This document shows positions 7,432 through 14,481 of a DNA stretch of 20,523 nucleotides, piece after piece. The notes under the pieces were generated by a model that was given only the letters and a program-made list of their open reading frames with translations, did no database searches and had not been told where the DNA came from. A program made the translations under genes and the position numbers. Numbering within the stretch: position 1 is the stretch's first letter; the number at the start of each line of letters is the position of its first letter. The stretch is taken from positions 64,001 to 84,523 of IMG/VR virus record IMGVR_UViG_3300018080_004888. One strand, 5' to 3'. This stretch comes from a virus. Lineage: Duplodnaviria; Heunggongvirae; Uroviricota; Caudoviricetes.

Positions 7432-8656
7432 CCTTTCTAGTTTCTACCTCAGATCGCCCATCTTCATCATCTTTTCTAGCTTCTACGCTTTCCGCGTCGG
7501 CGGAAATTGCTTGAGACAGGGCACGATTCCAACGGTCGTCCGCTTCTTCTTGGGCGACACGCTGATCCAAACCTGCGTCGTCCCCGTACTTCTCGTTCAA
7601 TTCGGCAATCTCTTCGGGAGTAAGTTCTCCCTGGCCTTGGCCCAAGTCGGTGTCTTGAATCGGCGGGGCATCATCGTCTTCTACGTCTTCGAGGAATTCC
7701 CATTGGCCGTTTATCAGGCACCACTCGCCATTTTCTTCTACATCATCGTAATCGTAAGTCTCATATTCATAGGTAATGCTACCGCATGAGACTCCACCGC
7801 TACGATTTTGAAAGATCTTTTCGGTAACGCGAGGCATCCACTCCCGGTTGATTTGTTCCCACGCTTTCTCCATTTCGGCCTTTTGTTCGTCGGACAAAAC
7901 AATGTCGAAGTAGTCTTGATTATCGGAAGTGGAAATGTAGTATTTTCGCTTTCCACGTTTTGCGGTTGTTCGTTCAAGTCCAAGAGCGATGTTTTCGGGC
8001 GGAAGCCTCCACCGTCTACCACCGATCATCACGGACGCACACAACGAGCAATACTCTTCGTCGTCCACAAAACCGATGGTTATATGCACGCCATCTTCGT
8101 CCTGTTCGTCCCGGTGGTCGATACCGCTGTGGTATGGCGAAAAATCGGCATGAGAGTGAATCGTGCCGACCCAATCCCACTCAGGAGGAGTTTGTTGAAG
8201 TTCAGCGGACATCTTATAGTCCACCCCTGCCATCGAAACCTCTTGTGTCGGACACCAAAGGTCATAGGTCTGTTCGGCGGCATTGTACATTAACATCAAT
8301 TCCGCTTCGGTTCTGAATTCCCCAAACACCGTTTGAAAGAATCGCCATGCTCTCTCGATGATAAGCGGAGGAATCTTCGGCAACAGGAGCTTCGGAACAA
8401 ACTCGACGTTCGCCAAAAACTTAGCGGATTGTGCGGGAACAACGGCTTTGATGATGCCTGTATCCTTGGAAATTTTCACTCCATCCGCAGTTAAGGCATA
8501 GAAGTTCCCCTCCATTGGCAACTCACTAGGTTTGATAAATTCCGCTGTCGCTGATGGCAGGATAACGGCATCCTCTTCCACCACGACGTAGAACGGCATC
8601 GCGATAACCTGCCTTGCTTTTTGCGGCTTTTCCGGCTGTTGTTGGTTTTGTGTCAT
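7406..8656 (-). CDS. JAB/JAMM metallopeptidase (PRTRC protein A-like) with an acidic C-terminal tail
   Basis: Complete JAMM motif: E (RTEAE) ... HSH-x7-S-x2-D (GTIHSHADFSPYHSGID; HSH at 8150-8158). LPKIP motif precedes it. AAGGAG SD. Confidence 0.92.
   Translation of the reverse strand: MTQNQQQPEKPQKARQVIAMPFYVVVEEDAVILPSATAEFIKPSELPMEGNFYALTADGVKISKDTGIIKAVVPAQSAKFLANVEFVPKLLLPKIPPLIIERAWRFFQTVFGEFRTEAELMLMYNAAEQTYDLWCPTQEVSMAGVDYKMSAELQQTPPEWDWVGTIHSHADFSPYHSGIDHRDEQDEDGVHITIGFVDDEEYCSLCASVMIGGRRWRLPPENIALGLERTTAKRGKRKYYISTSDNQDYFDIVLSDEQKAEMEKAWEQINREWMPRVTEKIFQNRSGGVSCGSITYEYETYDYDDVEENGEWCLINGQWEFLEDVEDDDAPPIQDTDLGQGQGELTPEEIAELNEKYGDDAGLDQRVAQEEADDRWNRALSQAISADAESVEARKDDEDGRSEVETRKDEDGQSEG
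7411..7485. repeat. imperfect 36/39-nt tandem duplication
   Basis: 7411-7446 and 7447-7485 are near copies, encoding VEARKDDEDGRSE / VETRKDEDGQSE in the JAB frame. Confidence 0.8.
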
Positions 8657-8678
8657 TACTTCTCCTTGTGAATATTAC

Positions 8679-8708
8679 ATTATAGTCATAATTTGGGGAA
8701 ACGTAAAG
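8679..8708 (-). promoter_or_regulatory. sigma70-type promoter for JAB-E1-Ubl
   Basis: TTTACG-N17-TATAAT in the intergenic gap between E2 and JAB. Confidence 0.7.
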
Positions 8709-8713
8709 CAACT

Positions 8714-9742
8714 TTAGCGATTGGAATCCACATCTAAGTTCGCTTCGATTTTATGGGCTGTTTTTCTCCAAATCTTCAACATAATATCGCGAAAAACCCT
8801 TCTCGACAAAACATTGTCTTCGAGAGCTTCTCCGACTTCTGCCTCAAAACCATCCCAGCATTGCAGTGCAGTATGGATTTGTTGGGCACACTTCTTTTTA
8901 AGTTTTTCCTGTCCTCGTCGGAGTTCATGGTCATACACTCGTTCTAGACGACCCCATTTCAGATAATTGATGCCCAAAACAAAATTCGCGTTCTTTTTGC
9001 TCGCGACTTGCCACTTGCGAAGAGTGCTAAAATAGTCAGGGTACTTGTAAGCAAGATAGTCGAAGTTGTTCTGGTGATCGCAGTTAAATCCACGGCCCCA
9101 AAATCGACCCAAGTATTTGTCGGTATACTTGTTGATATCGCTGAAATCAGCCATTTCGAAATGATCTAACGTCTGCCCCATACACACTTCGGCATCACTC
9201 CTGGCGATGTTGGGGAGGTTGGTATGAAAGAGCATGTCGTTTTCGCTCTCAAGAGGCCTGTTGCGATAAAAAACCCACACCCTCGGCTCATCGAAATGCC
9301 GACTCATGTTCTTGTCTCTTTCCCCGTCACCAACGAACCAATTGAAACGAAACACGAAAACAATGTAGGGAAATGCCAAGCAATAAGGACGCAACGCCTT
9401 CATTCCCCTCCTGCTCCATGTCTCGGGCTTGACGAAGACATCGGGGCTCATACGAACCGTTCTCTTCGTGGGTGTTTGTTCCACAACAAGAATAGTCGTA
9501 TCTTTGACGCGACGGTGAAACCGAGTGCCGAGAGGAAGAGTGCCGGTATATTCTTCGGTGTTGGCGGGCAGTAGATTCTCGATCACTTTCTCAGTGATGA
9601 CAGCCCGCAGCTTCGCCGCAACAGTCTGGGCAATGAGCCTGATTTGGGCCGATCTTTGATCGATGATGGAGGCATGAATATCATCCACTTCTTGAAAGAT
9701 GTGTTCTCGCCCTACTTCATAAACACTAGTCATTAACTCCAA
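8714..9742 (-). CDS. prokaryotic E2 (UBC-fold, family D / PRTRC protein B-like)
   Basis: YCLAFPYIVFVF, LFHTNLPNI..SDAEVCMG (Cys codon 9182-9184) and FWGRGFN match the E2 family D pattern as I recall it. Lies next to JAB, E1 and Ubl. Confidence 0.8.
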   Translation of the reverse strand: MELMTSVYEVGREHIFQEVDDIHASIIDQRSAQIRLIAQTVAAKLRAVITEKVIENLLPANTEEYTGTLPLGTRFHRRVKDTTILVVEQTPTKRTVRMSPDVFVKPETWSRRGMKALRPYCLAFPYIVFVFRFNWFVGDGERDKNMSRHFDEPRVWVFYRNRPLESENDMLFHTNLPNIARSDAEVCMGQTLDHFEMADFSDINKYTDKYLGRFWGRGFNCDHQNNFDYLAYKYPDYFSTLRKWQVASKKNANFVLGINYLKWGRLERVYDHELRRGQEKLKKKCAQQIHTALQCWDGFEAEVGEALEDNVLSRRVFRDIMLKIWRKTAHKIEANLDVDSNR

Positions 9743-10344
9743 TCCTTTGTCAAATCTTTGAACCTCACTCTAAGTAAAAAAATCCCCCTTTTGATCGCTT
9801 GATACACCGCTTGTCGTGACATCCTCATCGAGCAACCAATTTCACGCATAGTCCTTTCTTTCAGATAGTACTCCACAAGAATCCTCTTGTTCCGTTTGTC
9901 TCTCTTTGTATCGTCAGGATGATCGGCCAAAAGCTCATCGATCATAGGGACAAGTTCTGCCATTTCGAAGTTGTGGGTATCTTCTACTACCATACACTCA
10001 TTCTCGATGGCAGACATTTCCATCTGTACTACAGGAATCCTAGTCTGGTGCTGTCGGCGGCGATGTCCGTCAATAATGGCTGACTCGATCAAATAAGTCG
10101 CCCAAGTAGAAAAATTCCCCCTCGCTTTTGTGTGTGTCTCGATTGCTTTTAGAAGCCCAAGACACCCATCACCAAAAGCGTCCGTATCTTCGACATCCAT
10201 CTTTCCGCAATACTTCATCGCGGCGGAATAGACAAGCCCAATATGATCCTTCGCCTCCTCCTTACCTACTAAGTCTTCTAGAGTCGTCGTAAAACGACCT
10301 ATTTCGAAGGTTTCGTGGGGAATGGGTTCTGCTAATGCTGTCAT
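9733..10344 (-). CDS. sigma-70 family RNA polymerase sigma factor (regions 2 and 4)
   Basis: Region 2: DAFGDGCLGLLKAIETH...GNFSTWATYLIESAIID. Region 4 HTH: EYYLKERTMREIGCSMRMSRQAVYQ. Confidence 0.9.
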   Translation of the reverse strand: MTALAEPIPHETFEIGRFTTTLEDLVGKEEAKDHIGLVYSAAMKYCGKMDVEDTDAFGDGCLGLLKAIETHTKARGNFSTWATYLIESAIIDGHRRRQHQTRIPVVQMEMSAIENECMVVEDTHNFEMAELVPMIDELLADHPDDTKRDKRNKRILVEYYLKERTMREIGCSMRMSRQAVYQAIKRGIFLLRVRFKDLTKDWS

Positions 10345-10365
10345 AGTTCTCCTGCTTGTGGGACA

Positions 10366-10395
10366 ATTATAGACCGAATAATTTCGATTGTAAAG
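10366..10395 (-). promoter_or_regulatory. sigma70-type promoter for the sigma-E2 unit
   Basis: TTTACA-N17-TATAAT, followed by a GGAG SD and ATG 10344. Confidence 0.8.
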
Positions 10396-10414
10396 TCGAA
10401 AAATTTTTGGGCCA

Positions 10415-10450
10415 ATAGAAAGTTCCCCACTTTTGGGGGGAACTTTCTAT
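10415..10450 (-). terminator. hairpin, probable terminator after the TPR gene
   Basis: 14-bp inverted repeat ATAGAAAGTTCCCC / GGGGAACTTTCTAT overlapping the TPR stop codon. The U-tract is poor. Confidence 0.6.
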
Positions 10451-11064
10451 TCTAGGTAATCGGCAGGGTCAATATCCCGCAAATCCAAGTAACTTGTAGG
10501 TTTAGGTAGCTCTCCGTTCCTGACCGCTTTTATGAGATTTGCCACACTTGTAGCTGTGTCGCATGGGGCTTTTTCTAAACATTTTTGAGCCATATTGACG
10601 GCTTCATCGTAGTTTCCCTTCAACATGAGAATCAAAGCATAGTTACTGTAAACCGTTGGATCGTCCATGAATTCCGTCGCAAGACTTAGATAATAAATCG
10701 CCTCATCTAGCTTGTCAAGCCTAGCTGCCGCCCAGGCCAATTCCCGCAGAACCATGCCGTAATCTTTGCCTTCGTCTTCACCCGAGAAGGATGGCTTCTC
10801 TTTAAGAAGTTCGTAACTTTTCTTGAAGCTCTCGTATTCTAGTTCCCACAAAGTCAAAGTCTGAAACGCTTTACCGCGAAACCACCAAACCCAACAGTTG
10901 GCCTGTTCTGCCAGGATGATTTCGTCTAAAATACAGATCCCCTTCTTGACGGCTGCTCGGTCTTCCTCCGTTAAAGACGTAGTGAGCCGGTCTTCATATA
11001 AGATATGGGGATCAATCAGATCAATTGCCTCATCGTATTTCCGTTGTGCTTCCGTCCGATTCAT
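10447..11064 (-). CDS. tetratricopeptide repeat protein
   Basis: TPR-like helical repeats: WWFRGKAFQTL, ELAWAAARLDKLDEAIYY and YSNYALILMLKGNYDEAVNMAQKCLE. Confidence 0.82.
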   Translation of the reverse strand: MNRTEAQRKYDEAIDLIDPHILYEDRLTTSLTEEDRAAVKKGICILDEIILAEQANCWVWWFRGKAFQTLTLWELEYESFKKSYELLKEKPSFSGEDEGKDYGMVLRELAWAAARLDKLDEAIYYLSLATEFMDDPTVYSNYALILMLKGNYDEAVNMAQKCLEKAPCDTATSVANLIKAVRNGELPKPTSYLDLRDIDPADYLE

Positions 11065-11446
11065 CCTGTTGCTCCTGGGGATGTTCTCGTTCTACGCGAA
11101 GTTGGAAATCGGGTCGGCGGTCCTTTAATTCAGCCAGAACCAACCAACTCATTTCTCGAACTAATGCCCTGTGCAGGGGATTGTTCTGATTGTATCTCCC
11201 TTCGGCAATATCTAGAATTTCATCACGTTCACCATAAAAGTGATGATATAAGCGTTCGCGAGCGTCCCGCTCGCGAACGCTTTTTTCTATTTCCATGACT
11301 TCCTTTTCAACTTCTTCGAACGAATCAATCGTTTTCGCCGCTTTATCCAGGGCATCTTGCGGCTTACCGCAACCCACGTAAATCGCACAAAAAGCAGCCC
11401 ACAAGAGACAATGGAGCCAAAACAGCCTTGTGGCTTCACGATTCAT
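11030..11446 (-). CDS. putative lipoprotein
   Basis: Start moved to ATG 11446 (AGGAAG SD). A positively charged N-terminus and hydrophobic stretch lead to YVG-C, a lipobox-like site. Confidence 0.6.
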   Translation of the reverse strand: MNREATRLFWLHCLLWAAFCAIYVGCGKPQDALDKAAKTIDSFEEVEKEVMEIEKSVRERDARERLYHHFYGERDEILDIAEGRYNQNNPLHRALVREMSWLVLAELKDRRPDFQLRVEREHPQEQQDESDGSTTEIR

Positions 11447-11447
11447 T

Positions 11448-11756
11448 TTATCTTCCTTTCTTGTCGGCCTTAACAGCCTTTTCCAGAGATGAGCCAATTA
11501 GTTGATATAGATGAACGGGATTGATGCTTCCTAGTTCTGCTTCGACATGGCAGGCATCTTTGCAGAGAGAAATACCGTTTTCCTTAACATAACCTCCGTT
11601 CTCGAATTCGTTTCGATTTGTAATGTGGTGTGCGTCTAGTTCTTCTTCTGCTTTTTCTGGTGTGGATTGGAATCCGCAGACCCTACAGCGGTAGCGGTCC
11701 CGTGCAAAGACCGCCGATCTAAACTGCTGCCGGATTTGCTTTTTCTCTTGGCTCAT
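11448..11756 (-). CDS. HNH endonuclease
   Basis: VFARDRYRCRVCG...LDAHHI...NGISLCKDACH. Confidence 0.88.
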   Translation of the reverse strand: MSQEKKQIRQQFRSAVFARDRYRCRVCGFQSTPEKAEEELDAHHITNRNEFENGGYVKENGISLCKDACHVEAELGSINPVHLYQLIGSSLEKAVKADKKGR

Positions 11757-11977
11757 TTATGCCTAAAAGTAATTCTACCTTTGGTCATATCGTAAGGTGT
11801 AATCTCGACGGTCACCTTGTCTCCTGGAATCACTCTAATGTAGTGTTTCCTCAGTTTCCCGCCAAGATGACAATCAACAATATGGTCACTGTCGTTAAGT
11901 TGGACACGAAATCCGCCTTTAACGGCTTCAACAACAGTCCCTTCTGCTTCGAGGGCATCTTCTTTTTTCTTACTCAT
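11753..11977 (-). CDS. infA: translation initiation factor IF-1
   Basis: EGTVVEA...FRVQL...HLGGKLRKHYIRVIPGDKVTVEITPYDMTKGRITFRHK, the canonical IF-1 sequence. Confidence 0.97.
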   Translation of the reverse strand: MSKKKEDALEAEGTVVEAVKGGFRVQLNDSDHIVDCHLGGKLRKHYIRVIPGDKVTVEITPYDMTKGRITFRHK

Positions 11978-12648
11978 ATTTGTTCCCCTAATTCTTTGCC
12001 TACATCGAGGCTAGTACCTTCTCGCTTATCCATTATCGCTTTGATCTCATCAAATGAAAAGGGACGATATTCTCCTAAAAGTCTGAATGCATTATCTACC
12101 CCCACATCCATTGCTCTTCGATTGGGGAAAAGCTTATCTGCCTTTTCTTCTATTGTCGCGTGTGAATGACCGTAGAGATTCCATCCTCCACGATGCGAAC
12201 CGTACCAAACCAATTTGGCCTCATGGGCCATACGAATAATCTGACCATCTTTCTTTAGTGTATATTCCTGATACGTCCGTGTAAACGCGGGCGAAATATC
12301 GCTTCTATCATGATTTCCCCAACATAGAAAAATCGTGTTGCAGACAATTCGGTTCCGCAAGCTCTCAGCGAATTGTTTCAACCTTCTAGGTGGCCCGAAA
12401 CAAAAGTCTCCCAGATGCCACAAAATGTCGTCAGGGCCAACCGTTTTATTGATCTGGTCGATCAAATACTGATCGTGCTTGTAGAGCGATTGGTCAGAGG
12501 GAATCCAACCCTCGCCTCCGCGTCCTTTCAATGGTATATTGTTATCCAAACAACTCAGTTCATGTTCCGATAAACAAAATCTACGATTTGTATACGCTGG
12601 AATCCTCCGATGAGAGAAGTGCGTATCTGCTGTGAAAAATATACTCAT
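11974..12648 (-). CDS. calcineurin-like metallophosphoesterase
   Basis: FTADTHFSH, HLGDF, GNHD and YGHSH motifs. Confidence 0.9.
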   Translation of the reverse strand: MSIFFTADTHFSHRRIPAYTNRRFCLSEHELSCLDNNIPLKGRGGEGWIPSDQSLYKHDQYLIDQINKTVGPDDILWHLGDFCFGPPRRLKQFAESLRNRIVCNTIFLCWGNHDRSDISPAFTRTYQEYTLKKDGQIIRMAHEAKLVWYGSHRGGWNLYGHSHATIEEKADKLFPNRRAMDVGVDNAFRLLGEYRPFSFDEIKAIMDKREGTSLDVGKELGEQI

Positions 12649-12654
12649 ACCTAG

Positions 12655-12684
12655 ATTATAGCCTACGGGAGCCTATGTGTAAAG
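12655..12684 (-). promoter_or_regulatory. sigma70-type promoter, probably giving a leaderless mRNA
   Basis: TTTACA-N17-TATAAT with only 6 nt before ATG 12648. Confidence 0.7.
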
Positions 12685-12687
12685 TGG

Positions 12688-13794
12688 CTAAATCAGCCAT
12701 TCCTGATGCTCTAGAGTCCATTTAATGATTTTTTCTAGGCTTTCTCGGAAAGATAGAGGTGGAACCCAACCTAAATCCCTCAATTTACTGCCATCTAAGG
12801 CATATCTTCGGTCGTATCCAGGACGGGCCGATTCGCTAGGAACTAGACGATATTTCAACTCCTTCCCCATGATTTCCGCCACCATTTGAGCAAGTTCGAG
12901 ATTAGAAAGTTCATGCTCCCCGCAGATATTGTAACGGTCGGGTCGTTTCGCTCCTTGAGAATATAATGCGACTGGATTACATAGAATAAAGATGAGGGCA
13001 TCCGCTTTGTTCTTGGCATGAAGATAGACGCGGGTTCCGATGCTTTCGGGTGAATCGCCATAGATGGGCATTTCCTTGCCAGCATAAACATATTGGATTA
13101 TCTTCGGGAGGAATTTCTCCGGGTCTTGCCACTCGCCTATGATGTTCATGGTATTTGTAAGAACTACCGGAACATCGTAGGTTCGCCAGTAGGCAATCGC
13201 CATCGCCTCTTGGGCGGCTTTGCTGGAAGCGTAGGGATTTGAAGGAAGAATCGGTGCCCATTCTTTGTGCCCAGGAGCCCCAAATGCAACATCGCCATAA
13301 ACTTCATCCGTTGAAATCTGGAGGAATTTCTTGGGCTTTATCCTACGGGCAAGCTCCAACATGTTGATGGCGAGTTCGTAGTTGTTCCTTAAACAATGTG
13401 TCGGATCTGTTGTGGATCTTTCGACCGCACTATCGCTCGCCATATTGATGAGGTAGTCGATTGGCTTCTCGGTAACTACCCCTCTATCATCTATACGCCG
13501 CTCCAACAAGAGATTTTCAAGTTGAGGACTAATGGGGACTGAAAGATCATGATAATGGATTTTGACTCGATTGCGAATCTCGTCACTTCTTGTTAAATAC
13601 TCATCTCCTCGACACTCTGCCACCACCCAATCTAGATGCTGGTCGAGTGCGGAATCAACTCTACGCAGTACACCCTTATGTCTAAACGAATCAATTCCGA
13701 CGATTTCCCAGTCCGTGTGTTTCAGAAAATATTCAAGGCAGTGGGCTCCAATGAAGCCCGCTATACCTGAGAGCAACACTCTTTTCCTAGCCAT
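12688..13794 (-). CDS. NAD-dependent epimerase/dehydratase, dTDP-glucose 4,6-dehydratase (RmlB)-like
   Basis: Start moved to ATG 13794 (GGGAG SD). Motifs SGIAGFIG, STDEVYG, YASSK, NIIGEWQDPEKFLPK and RPGYDRRYALDGSKL. Confidence 0.88.
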   Translation of the reverse strand: MARKRVLLSGIAGFIGAHCLEYFLKHTDWEIVGIDSFRHKGVLRRVDSALDQHLDWVVAECRGDEYLTRSDEIRNRVKIHYHDLSVPISPQLENLLLERRIDDRGVVTEKPIDYLINMASDSAVERSTTDPTHCLRNNYELAINMLELARRIKPKKFLQISTDEVYGDVAFGAPGHKEWAPILPSNPYASSKAAQEAMAIAYWRTYDVPVVLTNTMNIIGEWQDPEKFLPKIIQYVYAGKEMPIYGDSPESIGTRVYLHAKNKADALIFILCNPVALYSQGAKRPDRYNICGEHELSNLELAQMVAEIMGKELKYRLVPSESARPGYDRRYALDGSKLRDLGWVPPLSFRESLEKIIKWTLEHQEWLI

Positions 13795-13894
13795 TTTCGA
13801 AATCTCCCGCAATATCTCCTAGTGACTTGCCTTGATTCACATACAAATCATACAATTCATCTCGGGTCAAATTTAACTTCCAACTCCCTTTCAA
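13787..13894 (-). pseudogene. 35-aa helix-turn-helix-like fragment
   Basis: Hand translation: TTG start overlapping the thioredoxin TGA, reading (M)KGSWKLNLTRDELYDLYVNQGKSLGDIAGDFENG*. Confidence 0.4.
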
Positions 13895-14214
13895 TCGTTG
13901 TTTTCTCCAAGCAAAGCTTCTAGTTCTCTTCTCAGTACGTTCTCCCTTTGAAGGCCGACCATCGTCTTCACAAGTTCGCCGCCTTTGAAAAACAAAAGTG
14001 CAGGAATAGCAGAAATTCCATATTCTTTTGCCAGATTTTTCTCCTCTTCAATATTGACCTTGCCAATTTTGACCCTGCCTTCGAATTCCTTTTCTAGTTT
14101 TTCAATCGTGGGATTCATGGCATTACATGGCGGGCACCAACTGCCCCAGAAGTCAGCTAGAACTGGCATGTCGGATTCGATCTCTTGCTTAAAATTCTCT
14201 TCGGTTAAAATCAT
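13891..14214 (-). CDS. trxA: thioredoxin
   Basis: LADFWGSWCPPC...KVNIEEEKNLAKEYGISAIPALLFFKGGE. Confidence 0.95.
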   Translation of the reverse strand: MILTEENFKQEIESDMPVLADFWGSWCPPCNAMNPTIEKLEKEFEGRVKIGKVNIEEEKNLAKEYGISAIPALLFFKGGELVKTMVGLQRENVLRRELEALLGENND

Positions 14215-14402
14215 GACTCTTCCTTTTGGATGCCCTTAGTTTTCAAATAAGCCTCTAGTTCTGCGGCTTGGTCAGGAGTCAAACTCGCGATCTTGTCCCC
14301 GATTTCGTGAATAAAGTCGTCAAATGGTAGGGCGGAAACAGCGATACCGCCACCACCCTTACCGCTTCCTGAATCTTGTGTTTGTGTTTGCATTTGCATC
14401 AT
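14211..14402 (-). CDS. small protein resembling the N-terminal dimerisation domain of ribosomal protein bL12 (L7/L12), without the CTD
   Basis: EIGDKIASLTPDQAAELEAYLKTKGI resembles the bL12 NTD pattern (GDKIAxLTLxQAxELxxYLKxxxGI, planctomycete-like as recalled). The TGA overlaps the trxA ATG. Confidence 0.6.
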   Translation of the reverse strand: MMQMQTQTQDSGSGKGGGGIAVSALPFDDFIHEIGDKIASLTPDQAAELEAYLKTKGIQKEES

Positions 14403-14430
14403 TCTTTAATAGAGCGTGTACGATATAAAA

Positions 14431-14463
14431 AAGCCCACTTTCGCCTGCGGCGAAAGTGGGCTT
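14431..14463 (-). terminator. intrinsic terminator
   Basis: 15-bp stem AAGCCCACTTTCGCC / GGCGAAAGTGGGCTT, ending in a run of 6 T on the minus strand. Confidence 0.88.
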
Positions 14464-14481
14464 CTATAAAATTTCCCGCAC

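Noticed and set aside
7444-7446. TAG recoding (alternative genetic code)
   Set aside because: Several genes end in TAG at sensible boundaries (5966, 10447, 12688, 16511), and conserved proteins are not interrupted by TAG.
8526-8711. 61-aa minus-strand ORF overlapping the JAB start
   Set aside because: It spans a promoter and the JAB 5' end in another frame and has no motif.
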